A stretch of DNA of 64,000 bases from Octopus vulgaris (lineage: Eukaryota): contig OX597829.1 in assembly GCA_951406725.2 (NCBI GenBank), forward strand, positions 45,198,001-45,262,000. The letters are read 5' to 3'. The notes beneath the pieces are model-generated. The model ran no database searches, was not told where the DNA came from, and was given only the letters and a program-made list of their open reading frames with translations. The position numbers and the translations under genes are program-made. Of the stretch, positions 39,723 through 52,484 are shown one piece after another (positions within the stretch are counted from its first letter, which is position 1; each line of letters starts with the position of its first letter).

Positions 39723-42700
39723 TTGTTGTATTTAGGAATGGTCATTTAGCCAGTTTAGCCAATAAAAACACACGCACTATATATTTGGTGTTACTTTGCT
39801 TCGGTGTTATTTATTTTTTACATTAATCTTATTATTATTTCAGCTAGAGTTCTTTCGTCACACTCTTGTGACCGCATCAGTGGTCCTTTGCTTTCTTCTT
39901 TCTTATTTGTGTGTCTCTCCTTACCAACAGTCAGCCATTTTGTATTTTGTATTTCTATTGTATGTGTCTTCATTTGCGCATGCATATATCTCTATATGTG
40001 TCTATGTTTAGTTAGTGTGTGGTGGGGGGAAGTGCCTGTAATATTTGTATCTCCTGATTATATACATCCGTATAATTTGTTTTTTGTTTTTGTTTATTTT
40101 TATTTTAATCATTTGTTTACACCTACTTTTATTATAATTATCATTATTATTATTATCATTATTATGTATGTATGTATGTATGTATAATAATAATAATAGT
40201 AATAAAAAAAAATGTGTATAGTTATTTACTTCCATTAACTAGAAGGGCCATTAACATGTATACCCACCCCTTTGACACTCAATTCTTCGACATATGTGAC
40301 AAATCTTACAACATGAGCCGGATTTACCCAACAACATTACCCTTTAACAAAAGGGTCTGCATCACAAGACATACTAATGATCATATGGAAGCACAGTTCA
40401 CTATAGCTAGGACCAAACTTAGACAAATTTTAGAACTATACACTAAGAGTAGAATCAGAATAAGACAGAGGCCCAACAACTCGGGATTAAACCCGCATGT
40501 GGACTACGTAAGCTCATTCACCGCACGAGGAATGAAGAGGTGGTATGCCTTCCCACAGATAAGTCCGGCAGGATGTCAATAGACAGCTTACCGAACTACA
40601 TCCAGGCAATGCAACCTCATAACGCCAATACAAAAATAACAACTTTACAGGCACTTGAGGAGAGAGAAAAAGTCCTCAACGCCCACATGATGATGTGGAC
40701 AATTGTTTTGGGACCCCAGATATGCACAGCTAACAATTTCCAAGCCTGGAACAATGATATCCCAGCACTGTATGGACTTTACAAGGACCATAAAATAACC
40801 ACTGACCCTGTAGCAGGACCACCACCAAGACCAGTCTGTGGAGCGAATATCACTAGCAACTGCAGGATCTCCTACTTCCTCTCAATGATCATATGCCCTA
40901 TAATCCGGATGTCACCTGATGTTTGCGACAGCATGGAAGATCTCCTCAGCAGGATCAATGACTGTAACAACACTTGCGACCTGACAGGATGTATGGTGGG
41001 TAGCATGGATGTGGTATCCCTATACCCATTGATTGACGTGGATTTTGCGGTGGAGAAGTGCGTGGAGATGATCAACGAGAGCAAGGTGGAGTTCCGCAAT
41101 GTCAACACAGAGGAACTGGGCCTCCTACTTAGACTGACATATGACGAATACCTAGATAAACATGATCTTAGTAGTTTCTGCCCCAGTAGACTTTTAAGAG
41201 GTAGACCACCTACAATTACTTCTATGGCTAGGAAGACCCATATAGAGATATGGAACGGATAGACCAGAGCCATACGGACCCCCGCAAATGTCCATCAGGT
41301 AAAGAAAATGATTGCACATTCACTAGGAGCTAGTATAAGAGTTACCGTAAAAGGCCACACGTTTAAGTTTAAGAATAAAATATATGCCCAGGACGAGGGG
41401 GCAGCCATCGGTGTTAGTATCGCCGGTGATGTGGCCAACCTTTTCATGGTATGGTGGGACAGAAGGCTTAAGGAATGCCTAACACAGAACTCCATACTCA
41501 TGAACATGTACTCTCGCTATGTTGATGATATCAACATAGTGGTAAAGGCACCCCCACAAGAGAGTACTCTTGAAATAGAAATAGAAACTAATACTATGGA
41601 GAGCATTCAGCAAATAGCTAACTCCATCCACCAGAGTATTAAGGTCACAATAGACTACCCTACTAAACACCCTAACCATAGAATACCAGTAGTAGACACA
41701 GAACTCTGGCTAGAAACTGAAAATAATAAAACCAAAATCCTTCATTTGTACTATGCCAAACCTATTGCCTCCAAATATTTGATCCACCGGAACTCAGCTA
41801 TCACGGACAATGCCAAATTCAATATTTTGATGGCAGACCTCATCAGAATAATGCGAAATGTGTCCCGCATGCAGTTCTCAGGTTACAGCCATAAAGAAAG
41901 GATCAGAGTATACAAAGGAGCCATGAAGAAATTTGATACTATCTTATGTAATGATAGGAATGGGATTTGCCCACTCTATAGGAGCAAGTCATGGAACACT
42001 ATTGAAAGGACAAAGAAGAAAATAGGGAAGGCCAACTCTTGGTATGATAGCCATAAATACCAGAGTGTCATGTTCGTTGACACCACCCCTAGAGGTGAAC
42101 TGGCGTACCGCTTTAGAAGGGCCCTAGACAAACTTAAGCTAAGGATTAAGGTTATTGAAAGGCCAGACAGCCCTATCAAATCCATAATCGGTAGAACCTA
42201 CCCTTTTAGTAGAACCCCCTGTACGACAGGAACTGTACTGTGTGTAGATTTAGCCCACAAACAAACTGTAAAGCCAGAAATGTAGTCTATAGTATAAGAT
42301 GTATAGAGGGACGATGCAGTAACAAGACAACGACATACGTAGGGGAAACGGCACGAAGCATAGGAGAGTGAATAAATGGTCATTGGAGAGAACTTAAGGA
42401 AGGAAAGAGCTCATCAGTTCTGTACCAACACGCGAGCAGGAACACGGGGGCTCAATCAACAACATAGAAGTTAAAATCTTGTCCACACATAGAACAGATG
42501 CAACAATCAGACAAATTACGGAAGCTACACACATAATAGAAGATAAACCTAGCCTGAATAGGAAACTGGAATGGAACACTAGCACACACCACAGCATATG
42601 ACAGAAGAAGATCCCCATAAACTGGTTACAATATAAACAAAACTGAAAACAGAATAAAATAAAATACACAGATAAATAAACAAATGGAAGTAAATAACTA

Positions 42701-43175
42701 TACACATTTTTTTTATTACTATTATTATTATTATACATACATAATAATAATAATAATGATAATAATAATAAGTAGGTGTAAATACATGAATAAAATAAGA
42801 ATAAACAAAAACAAAAACAAATTACATGGACGTATATAAACAAGAGATACAAATATTTCAGACACTTTCCCCCACCACACACTAACTAAACATAGACACA
42901 CATACAGATATACGCATGTGCAAATGAAGACACATACAATAGAAATACAAAATACAAAATGGCTGACGTTAGTAAGGAGAGACACACAAATAAGAAAGAA
43001 GAAAGCAAAGGACCACTGATGCGGTCACAGGAGTGTGATGAAAGAACTCTGGCCGAAATAAGATTAAGATTAATGTAAAAAATAAATAACGCTAAAGCAA
43101 AGTAACACCAAATATATAGTGTGTGTGTTTTTATTGGCTAAACTGGCAAAATCACCATTCCTAAATATAACAATA
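39723..43175 (+). mobile_element. Penelope-like element (5'-truncated, frameshifted) bounded by ~500-bp inverted terminal repeats
   Basis: RT motifs PTDKSG, LYKDHK, RPVC, SMDVVSLY, G..IG, YSRYVDDI and IDYPT..IPVVD. GIY-YIG endonuclease NVVYSIRC..TYVGETARSIGE near 42280-42370. 39723-40236 is the reverse complement of 42683-43173. Confidence 0.92.
40540..42600 (+). pseudogene. Disrupted PLE reverse transcriptase / GIY-YIG ORF
   Basis: ORFs 40540-41262 and 41308-42285 plus a shifted GIY-YIG frame. Stops and frameshifts lie between them. Confidence 0.88.
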
Positions 43176-43762
43176 TCTGTTTCAACACACGATTTCACAT
43201 CAAACATCTTGCAAAACAAATGTATATATATGTATATAATAATAATAATATTAGGGAGTATTACTCCAAACTTACAGGAAAAAATTCAGTATTAAATCAA
43301 ATTCCACAATATAAATACATAATATTAATAAATTAGAGAAAAACCACTATTATGTAATTCAAACAATTATAGACATAAACCAAATCATATAGAAAAAAAA
43401 AGATATATTATAAAACATATATCTGGATAATAAAAAAGTACAAAAAAATGAATAAACATTATATAATATATGTATATATACAATGTTTATTCATTTTTTA
43501 TTACTTTTTTGTGATCTAGATATATGTTTTATAATTATATTTTATTTTTTTCTATATGTTTTGGTTTGTGTCTATAATTGTTTGAATTATGATAGTGGTT
43601 TTTCTATAATATATATGTATTAGTATATATATATATATATACTCATTATTTTTTATTAAACTTTTGATATATATTTAAAATAATATAAATTAATTAATTT
43701 TATGTATTGGCTTATGTTTTTCATTGTTTGATTTGCCTAATAGTGGTTTTATCTCTAATTTA

Positions 43763-43810
<48 letters not shown>

Positions 43811-43834
43811 TGTATATATATATATATATATACA

Positions 43835-43876
<42 letters not shown>

Positions 43877-44008
43877 CATATATGTATATATATATATAGA
43901 TATATATATATATACATACATATATGTATATATATATATATATATATACATATATGTATATACGTATATATGTATATATATATACATATATGTATATATA
44001 TATGTATG

Positions 44009-44085
<77 letters not shown>

Positions 44086-44407
44086 ATGTATATATATATG
44101 TATATATATATGTGTCTGTGTATATATGTATATATGTATATGTATATATGTATATGTATATATATATATGTATATATATATATGTATATATATGTATATA
44201 TATGTATATATATATGTATATATATATGCATATATATATGTATAAATATATGTATAAATATATATGTGTATGTATATATGTATGTATATATGTATGTATA
44301 TATATATGTATATATGTATGTGTATATATATATATGTGTATATATATATGTGTGTATATATATGTGTATATATATATGTATGTATATATATATATATATG
44401 TATATAC

Positions 44408-45368
44408 CTTTGCTAGCTATGCAGATGACACAAAACCCTGGAAATATTGCACATCTGCAACGGGAGTTGGATACAATATACAGGTGAGCTGAGGACAACA
44501 TGCAATTTAATGCAGGTAAGTTCCAGGCCCTGCACTACCGACACACAAAGCTAAACAACATGCAGACTGGATACACTGGCCTGGGAAGAATTGCAATCCC
44601 TGAGTCAAAATCAGTGCGTGACCTGGGTATTGACATGAGCAATGATGCATCTTTCCAAGTGCATATTACTAATCTGGTGATAAAATGCAGACGGCTAGCT
44701 GGATGGATTCTCCGAACTTTCAGAACAAGAGAGAAGGAGACACTGATGGTCCTCTGGAAAACTTTCGTCCTCAGCCACTTGGACTACTGCTCCCAACTAT
44801 GGTCACCACACAATATAAAGTTTACAGCAGAACTCGAAGCAATCCAATGAAGCTACACTAAGAAGATCGTCTCAGTGCAACATATCAGCTACTGGGAAAG
44901 ACTGAAAGTATTAAAACTCTTCTCCTTGGAGTGAAGGCAGGAGAGATATGCGGTGATATACATCTGGAAAATCCTGGAGGGTCTTATCCCGAATTTTGGC
45001 ATTGAAAGTTACCCCAACAGCAGAACGGGGCACCACTGCATGGTGCCAAGGATTCCAACATCACCATCAAAATACAGGACCAGATACTTCAACAGCTTGG
45101 GTTTCAGGGGACCACAGCTCTTCAATATCCTTCCTAAATGCCTGAGAGACCTACATGGTGGGTTTCTTTAGAATCTCTTCTTGTCAGGGGTTCCAGATGA
45201 ACCTACCTCTCAGCAGGAAATACATGCGAGCAGTGATGTCGAACTCCCTTGTTGATCAAGTGCCACGTATCAGAGGTGGTTTCACATACTATTGTAGCTC
45301 ATTCAACAGTGGTGCCCCAGCATGGCTGCAGCCTTCAGGCTGAAACATTTTTAAGGATTTAAGGATTT
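44408..45368 (+). mobile_element. CR1/L2-group LINE, 3' portion
   Basis: Reads [31 protein letters not shown] and SYWERLK..SLE, with in-frame stops. Ends in a (TTTAAGGA)-type tail. Confidence 0.85.
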
Positions 45369-45390
45369 ATGTATATAGACATATATATGT

Positions 45391-45587
45391 ACCGGGAAGG
45401 AGCTGTCTTACACAGCTTCTGCGACATTACGACTGGGTACTGAAGTAATTAATTAACTGCTCAAAAGTGGATGTGGTATACCTCGACTTTGCAAAGGCAT
45501 TTGACAAAATCGACCATGGAATGATATGCCGCAAAATACAGGGACTCAGCATCACAGGTAAAGCTGGAGAATGGCTGCATGATTTCA
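45391..45587 (+). mobile_element. CR1-like RT fragment (more N-terminal domains)
   Basis: Reads PGRSCLTQLL..VDVVYLDFAKAFDKIDHG..GITG-like..W. Confidence 0.8.
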
Positions 45588-45891
45588 AGCCGATCCAAGC
45601 AGGTGTCACTACTGACCGTCTGTTCTCCAGATCCTAATATTATTCAACATTTATGGTGCATTTTAGAAAAACAAGTAAGGGATCGATATCCTCCACCATC
45701 ATCTCTACCAGAACTGGAGACTGTTTTAGCTGAAGAATGGACAAAAATTCCTTTGGAAATAATTCAAACTTTGTACGAGTCCATACCTCATAGAATTCAA
45801 GCTGTAACTACTGCTAAAGGCAGACCTACCCCATATTAAAATTAATTTGCTGAAATTTTAAGGTGTTTCCATTTTTTTGTAAAATACCTGA
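45588..45891 (+). mobile_element. Tc1 transposase C-terminal fragment with right end
   Basis: SPDPNIIQHLWCILEKQV..LPEL..EEW..IP..IQTLYESIPHRIQAVTTAKGRPTPY* matches the Tc1 SPDLNPIEHLW...GG.T.Y signature. Confidence 0.85.
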
Positions 45892-45919
45892 ATATATATA
45901 TATATATATATATAATGTA

Positions 45920-47433
45920 TTGTACAGGCCCTTTACAGAGAGGCTGTTAGTAAGGTTAGGATAGGCAATGAGTACAGTGAAGAATTCCGGGTAGAAGTTG
46001 GCCTCCACCAAGGCTCAGCCCTCAGCCCCCTTCTATTCATCATAGTCCTCCAGGCAATAACAGAGGAATTTAAGATGGGTTGTCCCTGGGAGCTCCTCTA
46101 TGCTGATTACCTAGCCCTCGTAGCAGATTCACTACCAGAACTAGAGAAGAAATTTCGGGTGTGGAAGCTAGGTTTAGAATCAAAAGGCCTTAGAGTCAAC
46201 GTAGCAAAGACCAAGTCCTAGTAAGTAGGAAGGCAAACTCACCACACACCCCTTCAGGTAGGTGGCCCTACTCAATCTGTAGAAAAGGTGTAGGTAGAAA
46301 CTCCATAAGATGTACCCAGTGTAAGCTATGGACACATAAGAGGTGCAGCAATATCAAAGGAAAATAAACCAAGAAGATAGCTTTCGTGTGTGGCAGATGC
46401 ACAGGGGCAATAGTCACCATTGATACTCAGAAAACAGATTCCATTACACTCCTGTGGGAGAAACTAGAAGTAGTTGATAGTTTCCACTACCGAGTGACCA
46501 AGTTAGTAGCAGGGGTGGATGCTCAGAGGGTGTTACCACTAAAAGAATAGCCTAGGCAAAGTTTAGGAAACTGCTTCCCCTACTGGCAACAAAGGGTCTC
46601 TCGCTCAGAGTGAAAGGTAGATTTTGCGACGCATGTGTGCGAACTGCCATGCTTCACGGCAGTGAAACATGGGCCGTGACTGTGGAGGACATGCGTAGGC
46701 TTGAAAGAAATGAAGCTAGCATTATCTGCTGGATGTGTAATGTCAGTGTCCGTGCACACAGAGTGTAAGTGCCCTGAGAGAAATGTTGGGCATAAGAAGC
46801 AATGGATGCAGCGAGCAGGAGAGACGATTCCATTGGTATGGTCATGTACTACGGATGGATGAGGAGAGATGTGTGAAGAAGTGCCACTCCCAAACTGTTG
46901 AAGGAATCCAGGGTAGAAGTAGACCCATGAAGACATGGGACGAGGTGGTCAAGCATGACCTTCATACTTTGAGTCTCACAGAGGCTATGACGAAAGACCG
47001 TAACCTCTGGAGATATGCTGTGACTTCGAAGACCCAACAAATGAAGTGAGTTCAAGGCTCGCAGGACGGCCTGCTGTGCTAACCTTGGATTGTAGAGTGA
47101 CCCGCTGTTCTTGAGGAGACCTATTGAGTCAAGCACATCAACATCAAAATAAAAATTCAAATGGAACTTGTAGTTAAGACATCCGTGCAGGTGACACGTA
47201 AAAGCACCAACCGATCGTAGCCGTTTGCCAGCCTGCTCTGGCCCCTGTGCTGGTGGCACGTAAAAAACACCCACTACACTCACGGAGTCGTTGGCATTAG
47301 GAAGGGCATCAAGCTGTAGAAACACTGCCAAATCAGACTGGAGCCTGGGTGCAGCCTCCGTGGCTTCCAGACCCTGGTCGAACCGCCCAACCCATGCTAG
47401 CTTGGAAAACGGACGTTAAATGATGATGATGAT
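45920..47433 (+). mobile_element. RTE-clade LINE, 5'-truncated, with 3' UTR and (ATG)n tail
   Basis: Reads VGLHQGSALSPLLFI..ELLYAD..GLRVNVAKTK, a Cys/His-rich segment (CTQCKLWTHKRC), HGSETWA and WYGHVLRM. The 3' UTR ends GGACGTTAAATGATGATG. Confidence 0.88.
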
Positions 47434-47485
47434 ATATATATATGTATGTATATATGTATATATATATATATCTATACATTATATG

Positions 47486-47558
<73 letters not shown>

Positions 47559-47949
47559 GCATGTGCATATATATATATATATGTGTGTGTGTGTGAATCT
47601 ATTAAAGTAATTGCATTTCTGCATATAAGTTTGTCTTGCTCCATTCTAAACAACACTGTCCGATGAGCGGGAGCATGAGGCTCTGGGCTGCGTTTTTTGT
47701 GATATTTTGGCTACTTTTTAATAAGATATATATATGCACGCATATATATAATGGAGATTCACATGAATTAGGTACTTAAGTTCAAGCACTAAAATTTAGC
47801 ACTCTGTTATTCGTACAATTTCAAAATAAGGTGGATAAAATCAAAATAAGCAACAGGATATCCAGATTGCATTGTTCAATTAAATGGAGCCCCTTGAAAC
47901 AGTCGTACTGCATCACCTCTGGATATCCCATTGCTTATTTTGATTAAGC

Positions 47950-48591
47950 ACCATCTGAACGTAGCCGATGCCAGCGCTGCCTTGACTGGCTTCCGTGCCG
48001 GTGGCACGTAAAAAGCACCAACTGATCGTGGCCGTTGCCAGCCTCACCAGTGGCACGTAAAAAGCACCCACTACACTCACGGAGTGGTTGGCGTTAGGAA
48101 GGGCATCCAGCAGTAGAAAAACTGCCAGATCAGACTGGAGCCTGGTGCAGCCTTCTGGCTTCCTAGACCTTGGTCGAACCGTCCAACCCATGATAGCATG
48201 GAAAACGGACATTAAACGATGATGATATTTATATATATACATATGTGTGTGTGTGTGAAGGCACATGGCTCAGTGGTTAGAGCGTCGAGCTTACGATCAT
48301 GAAGTTGTGAGCTCAAATCCCAGACCAGGCTGTGTGGTGTCTTCTTGAGCAAGACACTTTATTTCACATTACTCCAGTTCACTCAGCTGTAGAAATAAGT
48401 TGCGACATCACAGGTGCCAAGCTGTATCGGTCTTTGCCTTTCCCTTGGATAACACTGGTGGTGTGGAGAGGGGAAGCTGGTATGCATGGGCAACTGCTGC
48501 TTTCCTCAAACAACCTTGCCCGGACTTGTACCTCTGAGAGTAACTTTCTTGGTGCAATCCCATGGTTAGTCATCAACAAAGGGGGTCTCAG

Positions 48592-48626
<35 letters not shown>

Positions 48627-49002
48627 GGCATATGCATTTATATATATTTATATATGTGTATATACATACATATATATATATATATCAGTTGATCACGTGA
48701 CCGACCAGACCATCAGATGTTGTTACACATCGCTGGTCAAAATGCGTTCGCATTGTTTTAGCCATCGAATGACACCACCCTGCTGGCTGAGAGAAAGTGT
48801 GGTGAAGAGTACAGCAGGGATCACCACCCCCTGCCGGAGCCTCATGGAGCTTTTTAGGTGTTTTCGCTCAATAACACTCACAACGCCCGGTCTAGGAATC
48901 GAAACCGCGATCCTACGACCGCGATCCTACGACCGCGAGTCCGCTGCCCTAACCACTGGGCCATTGCGCCTCCACATATATATATATAGAGAGAGAGAGA
49001 TT

Positions 49003-49043
<41 letters not shown>

Positions 49044-49359
49044 TTTGTTATATATTTAAATAATATAAATTAAATAATCTTATGTATTGGCTTAAGTTTT
49101 TCATTGTATGATTTGCCTAATAGTGGTTTTGTCTCTAATTTAATATAATATAATATTTTACTATAAAATTGGATTCAATCCTAAATCTGATTTTCCCTGT
49201 AAGTTTGGTTTATTCCTAATATTTATTATATATATATATATATATATACACGTATAATTTTTCTGAATCTTCAGATTTTTCAATATGCTGGGCCACTGGT
49301 TTTAAATTAATATTAATCAAATTAATATTCAATTTTTCACCCTTATTATTTAAATAAAA

Positions 49360-49409
<50 letters not shown>

Positions 49410-49606
49410 GCATATATCATCATCATCATCATCATCATCGTTTAACGTCCGCTTTCCATGCTAGCATGGGTTGGACGGTTCAACTGGGGTCTGGGAAGCC
49501 CGAGGGCTGCACCAGGCCAGTCAGATGTGGCAGTGTTTCTACAGCTGGATGCCCTTCCTAACGCCAACCACTCCAAGAGTGTAGTGGGTGATTTTATGTG
49601 CCACCG

Positions 49607-49641
<35 letters not shown>

Positions 49642-49656
49642 TTTATATATAAATGC

Positions 49657-49695
<39 letters not shown>

Positions 49696-50204
49696 TATAT
49701 ATATAAATGCATCAGAATCGAAATCGAAATCGATAAATGGAAATTGCGGATGTGCTACCAGTGCCGGTTGTATGTCAAAACTCTGCTTGTGAAGACCCGT
49801 TGAGGCAAGTGAGGATCAGAATCGAAATCGATCAATGGAAATTGCAGATGTGTTACCAGTGCCGGTGGCATGTAAGAGAACTTTCCGTTTCGCGACCGTT
49901 GCCAGCACCGCCCCGTTTCGTGTCCGTTGCCAGCCTCGCCTGGCCCTCGTGCCAGTGGCACATAAAAAGCACCATCCGTTCGTGGCCATTTGCCAGCTAT
50001 GTCTGGCACCAGTGCGGGTGGCACGTAAAAAGCACCCACTACACTCACGGAGTGGTTGGCGTTAGGAAGGGCATCCAGCCGTAGAAACACTGCCAGATTT
50101 GACTGGGCCTGATGAAGCCTTCTGGCTTCACAGACCTTAGTAGAACCGTCCAACCCATGCTAGCATGGAAAACGGACACTAAACGATGATGATGATGATG
50201 ATGA
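47950..50204. mobile_element. Cluster of short copies of the RTE 3' UTR (47950-48225 +, 49418-49606 -, 49710-50204 +) with SINEs between them
   Basis: Share GGTGGCACGTAAAAAGCACC..GGAAGGGCATCCAG..CCAACCCATGCTAGCATGGAAA..(ATG)n with 47160-47433. Further copies at ~629-720, 3012-3185, 10757-11135, 30618-30792 and 62651-63025. Confidence 0.85.
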
Positions 50205-51937
50205 TATATGAATGTATATATACGGGCAGAATTCACATATATGTATGTATGAATATATATGAATGCATATATATATATGGGCAGAATTCACATATATGCA
50301 TGTATAAATATATATGTATGTATATATATATGGGCAGAATTCATATATATATATATATATATATAAATATGTGTGTGTGTGAAGTATATTTGCCATCTAG
50401 ATATGGCTAACCACTAAGGGTGGATGTTACTGTAGCTTGTAGCCCCAGGAGAACATCTTCTCCAGCTGGTTATTGACACACTTTCTGTGCAGTTTCTGGA
50501 GTGCAGTTACTGTCTATACCTTGTTCAGAGTATTGAACAACAATATGTGTTTCTGAAGGCAGTTACTCCCACAATAACCAAAAATAATATTTGGGATTGG
50601 TGGAGGCTCAAAGTTGGTAGCAAAAACAAGACAGTGGAAACCTGCATGGAAATTGAATGAAAACAAACATGGCAGGTCATTTAACTTGATAAAGTTAAAA
50701 TAGCGAATGCTGGAGAAATATTTTCTGTGACAAGAGAAAAGTTAGAAAGGAGGAACAGATATGATAAATGCAGTTTCTATGACAGCCCTCAAGGAAAAGA
50801 AAGATGGACGATGGTCATGTGTGAGAAAGAAGAGGAAGACAGATGGACAGACAGATAGAAAACTGTGAAGGGGAGAAAAAAAGGAATTAGAGAAAGAACG
50901 AGAGGGAAAATAATAGGGGAGAGAACAGTATAGGGTAGAGTCGCATAAAAGATATTAAGATAAACTTACTTGGAAATGGATGTGTGGCATTCAATCAAAT
51001 AATAATTATCATATATATATATATATATATATACACATATGTGCATGTGGGTACATGAAATATGAAAGCAAATGAGTTGATATGCTAACAATAAGAGAAA
51101 CAAATGAAAAGCAGACAAGTCACCCTTCATCAGTTGTCTGATGTCTATCTACTCCTCATTTCGAGCATTGAATGACAACTTGTGAGTCTTTGAAGGCAGT
51201 TGCACCCGGAAAAACCAAAATAAAATTTGAAATTTATGTATATATATATATATATATATATAGGTATATGTATATATATATATATGTTGATTCGCTAGCC
51301 TCTACACGCATTTTTTTTCTCTCCTTCTTTCTGTGCTTCTTCTCTGTGTATCTTTCTGTTGAAGAGCGTAGGCTCGAAACGTTAAAGACTTGTTTTATTT
51401 ATATTTCCTGAGCGCCATACTAATACAATTGTTTGTTTGTATTCCACCTGCCTTCGTCTTTTGTTTATTTCCGTAAACCTGCCTTCGTCTTTTGTCTATT
51501 TTCATAAAGCTTCCCGTTATATATATAGGTATATGTATATATACACATATATATATATATATATATACATCTAATATAGGAAAAAATTTTATCAATGGCC
51601 AGCATATTAAAAAATACCTTTAAATGTTACATTTATAAACAACAAGGGCAAAAGAAAAAAATTCTAATGCCAAATATGCCAAAAATAGACAAATTGTCAA
51701 TAACCATAAAATTTATTACTATAAACACGCGTCTCAAATTAAGCCGACAGAAATTTCTAAAAAATTCCGTTATTATCTTATCGGTCCCAATTTCAGAGTT
51801 AATTCATAAGAATTTTCTCCTCATCAGCGATAAATACGTAAGACATAAATGAAATACATTATAATAATTTATACATATATATATATATTTATATAGATAT
51901 AGGTATATATATGTATATATAACTATATCTATCTATA

Positions 51938-51973
<36 letters not shown>

Positions 51974-52324
51974 GTTATATATATTTATATAGGCATATGT
52001 ATATATATATATATATATGTATATGTGTGTATGTATATATAAATATAGGTATGTGTATATATAAGTATATGTATATATGTATATGTTTATGTATAGGTAT
52101 ATATGTGTATATATATACATATGTATATGTATATATAGACAGGTGTATATATACATATGGGTATATGTATATATATATGTGTGTATATATATATATAGGT
52201 ATATGCATATATATATATGGGTATATATAATGTATGTATATGCATATGCATATATATGGGTATATGTATTTATATGTATGTATATATTTATGTATATATA
52301 TATATGTGTGTGTATGTATATATT

Positions 52325-52361
<37 letters not shown>

Positions 52362-52402
52362 GTGTTTATGTATATGTAAAAATATGTGTATATGTTTATG
52401 TG

Positions 52403-52466
<64 letters not shown>

Positions 52467-52484
52467 TGTATGTATGTATGTATA

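Noticed and set aside
39153-39826. Long Y/I/C/V/M/H/T-rich ORFs here and at 442, 2478, 27147, 32415, 43755, 51929 and 54499
   Set aside because: These are translations of (TA)n, (TG)n, (TATG)n and (TAGG)n microsatellites that lack stops in several frames. There is no protein signal.
50210-50345. Three GGGCAGAATTCA repeats with spacers, superficially CRISPR-like
   Set aside because: The spacers are TA/TG low-complexity sequence, the context is eukaryotic and there are no cas genes. It is a minisatellite.
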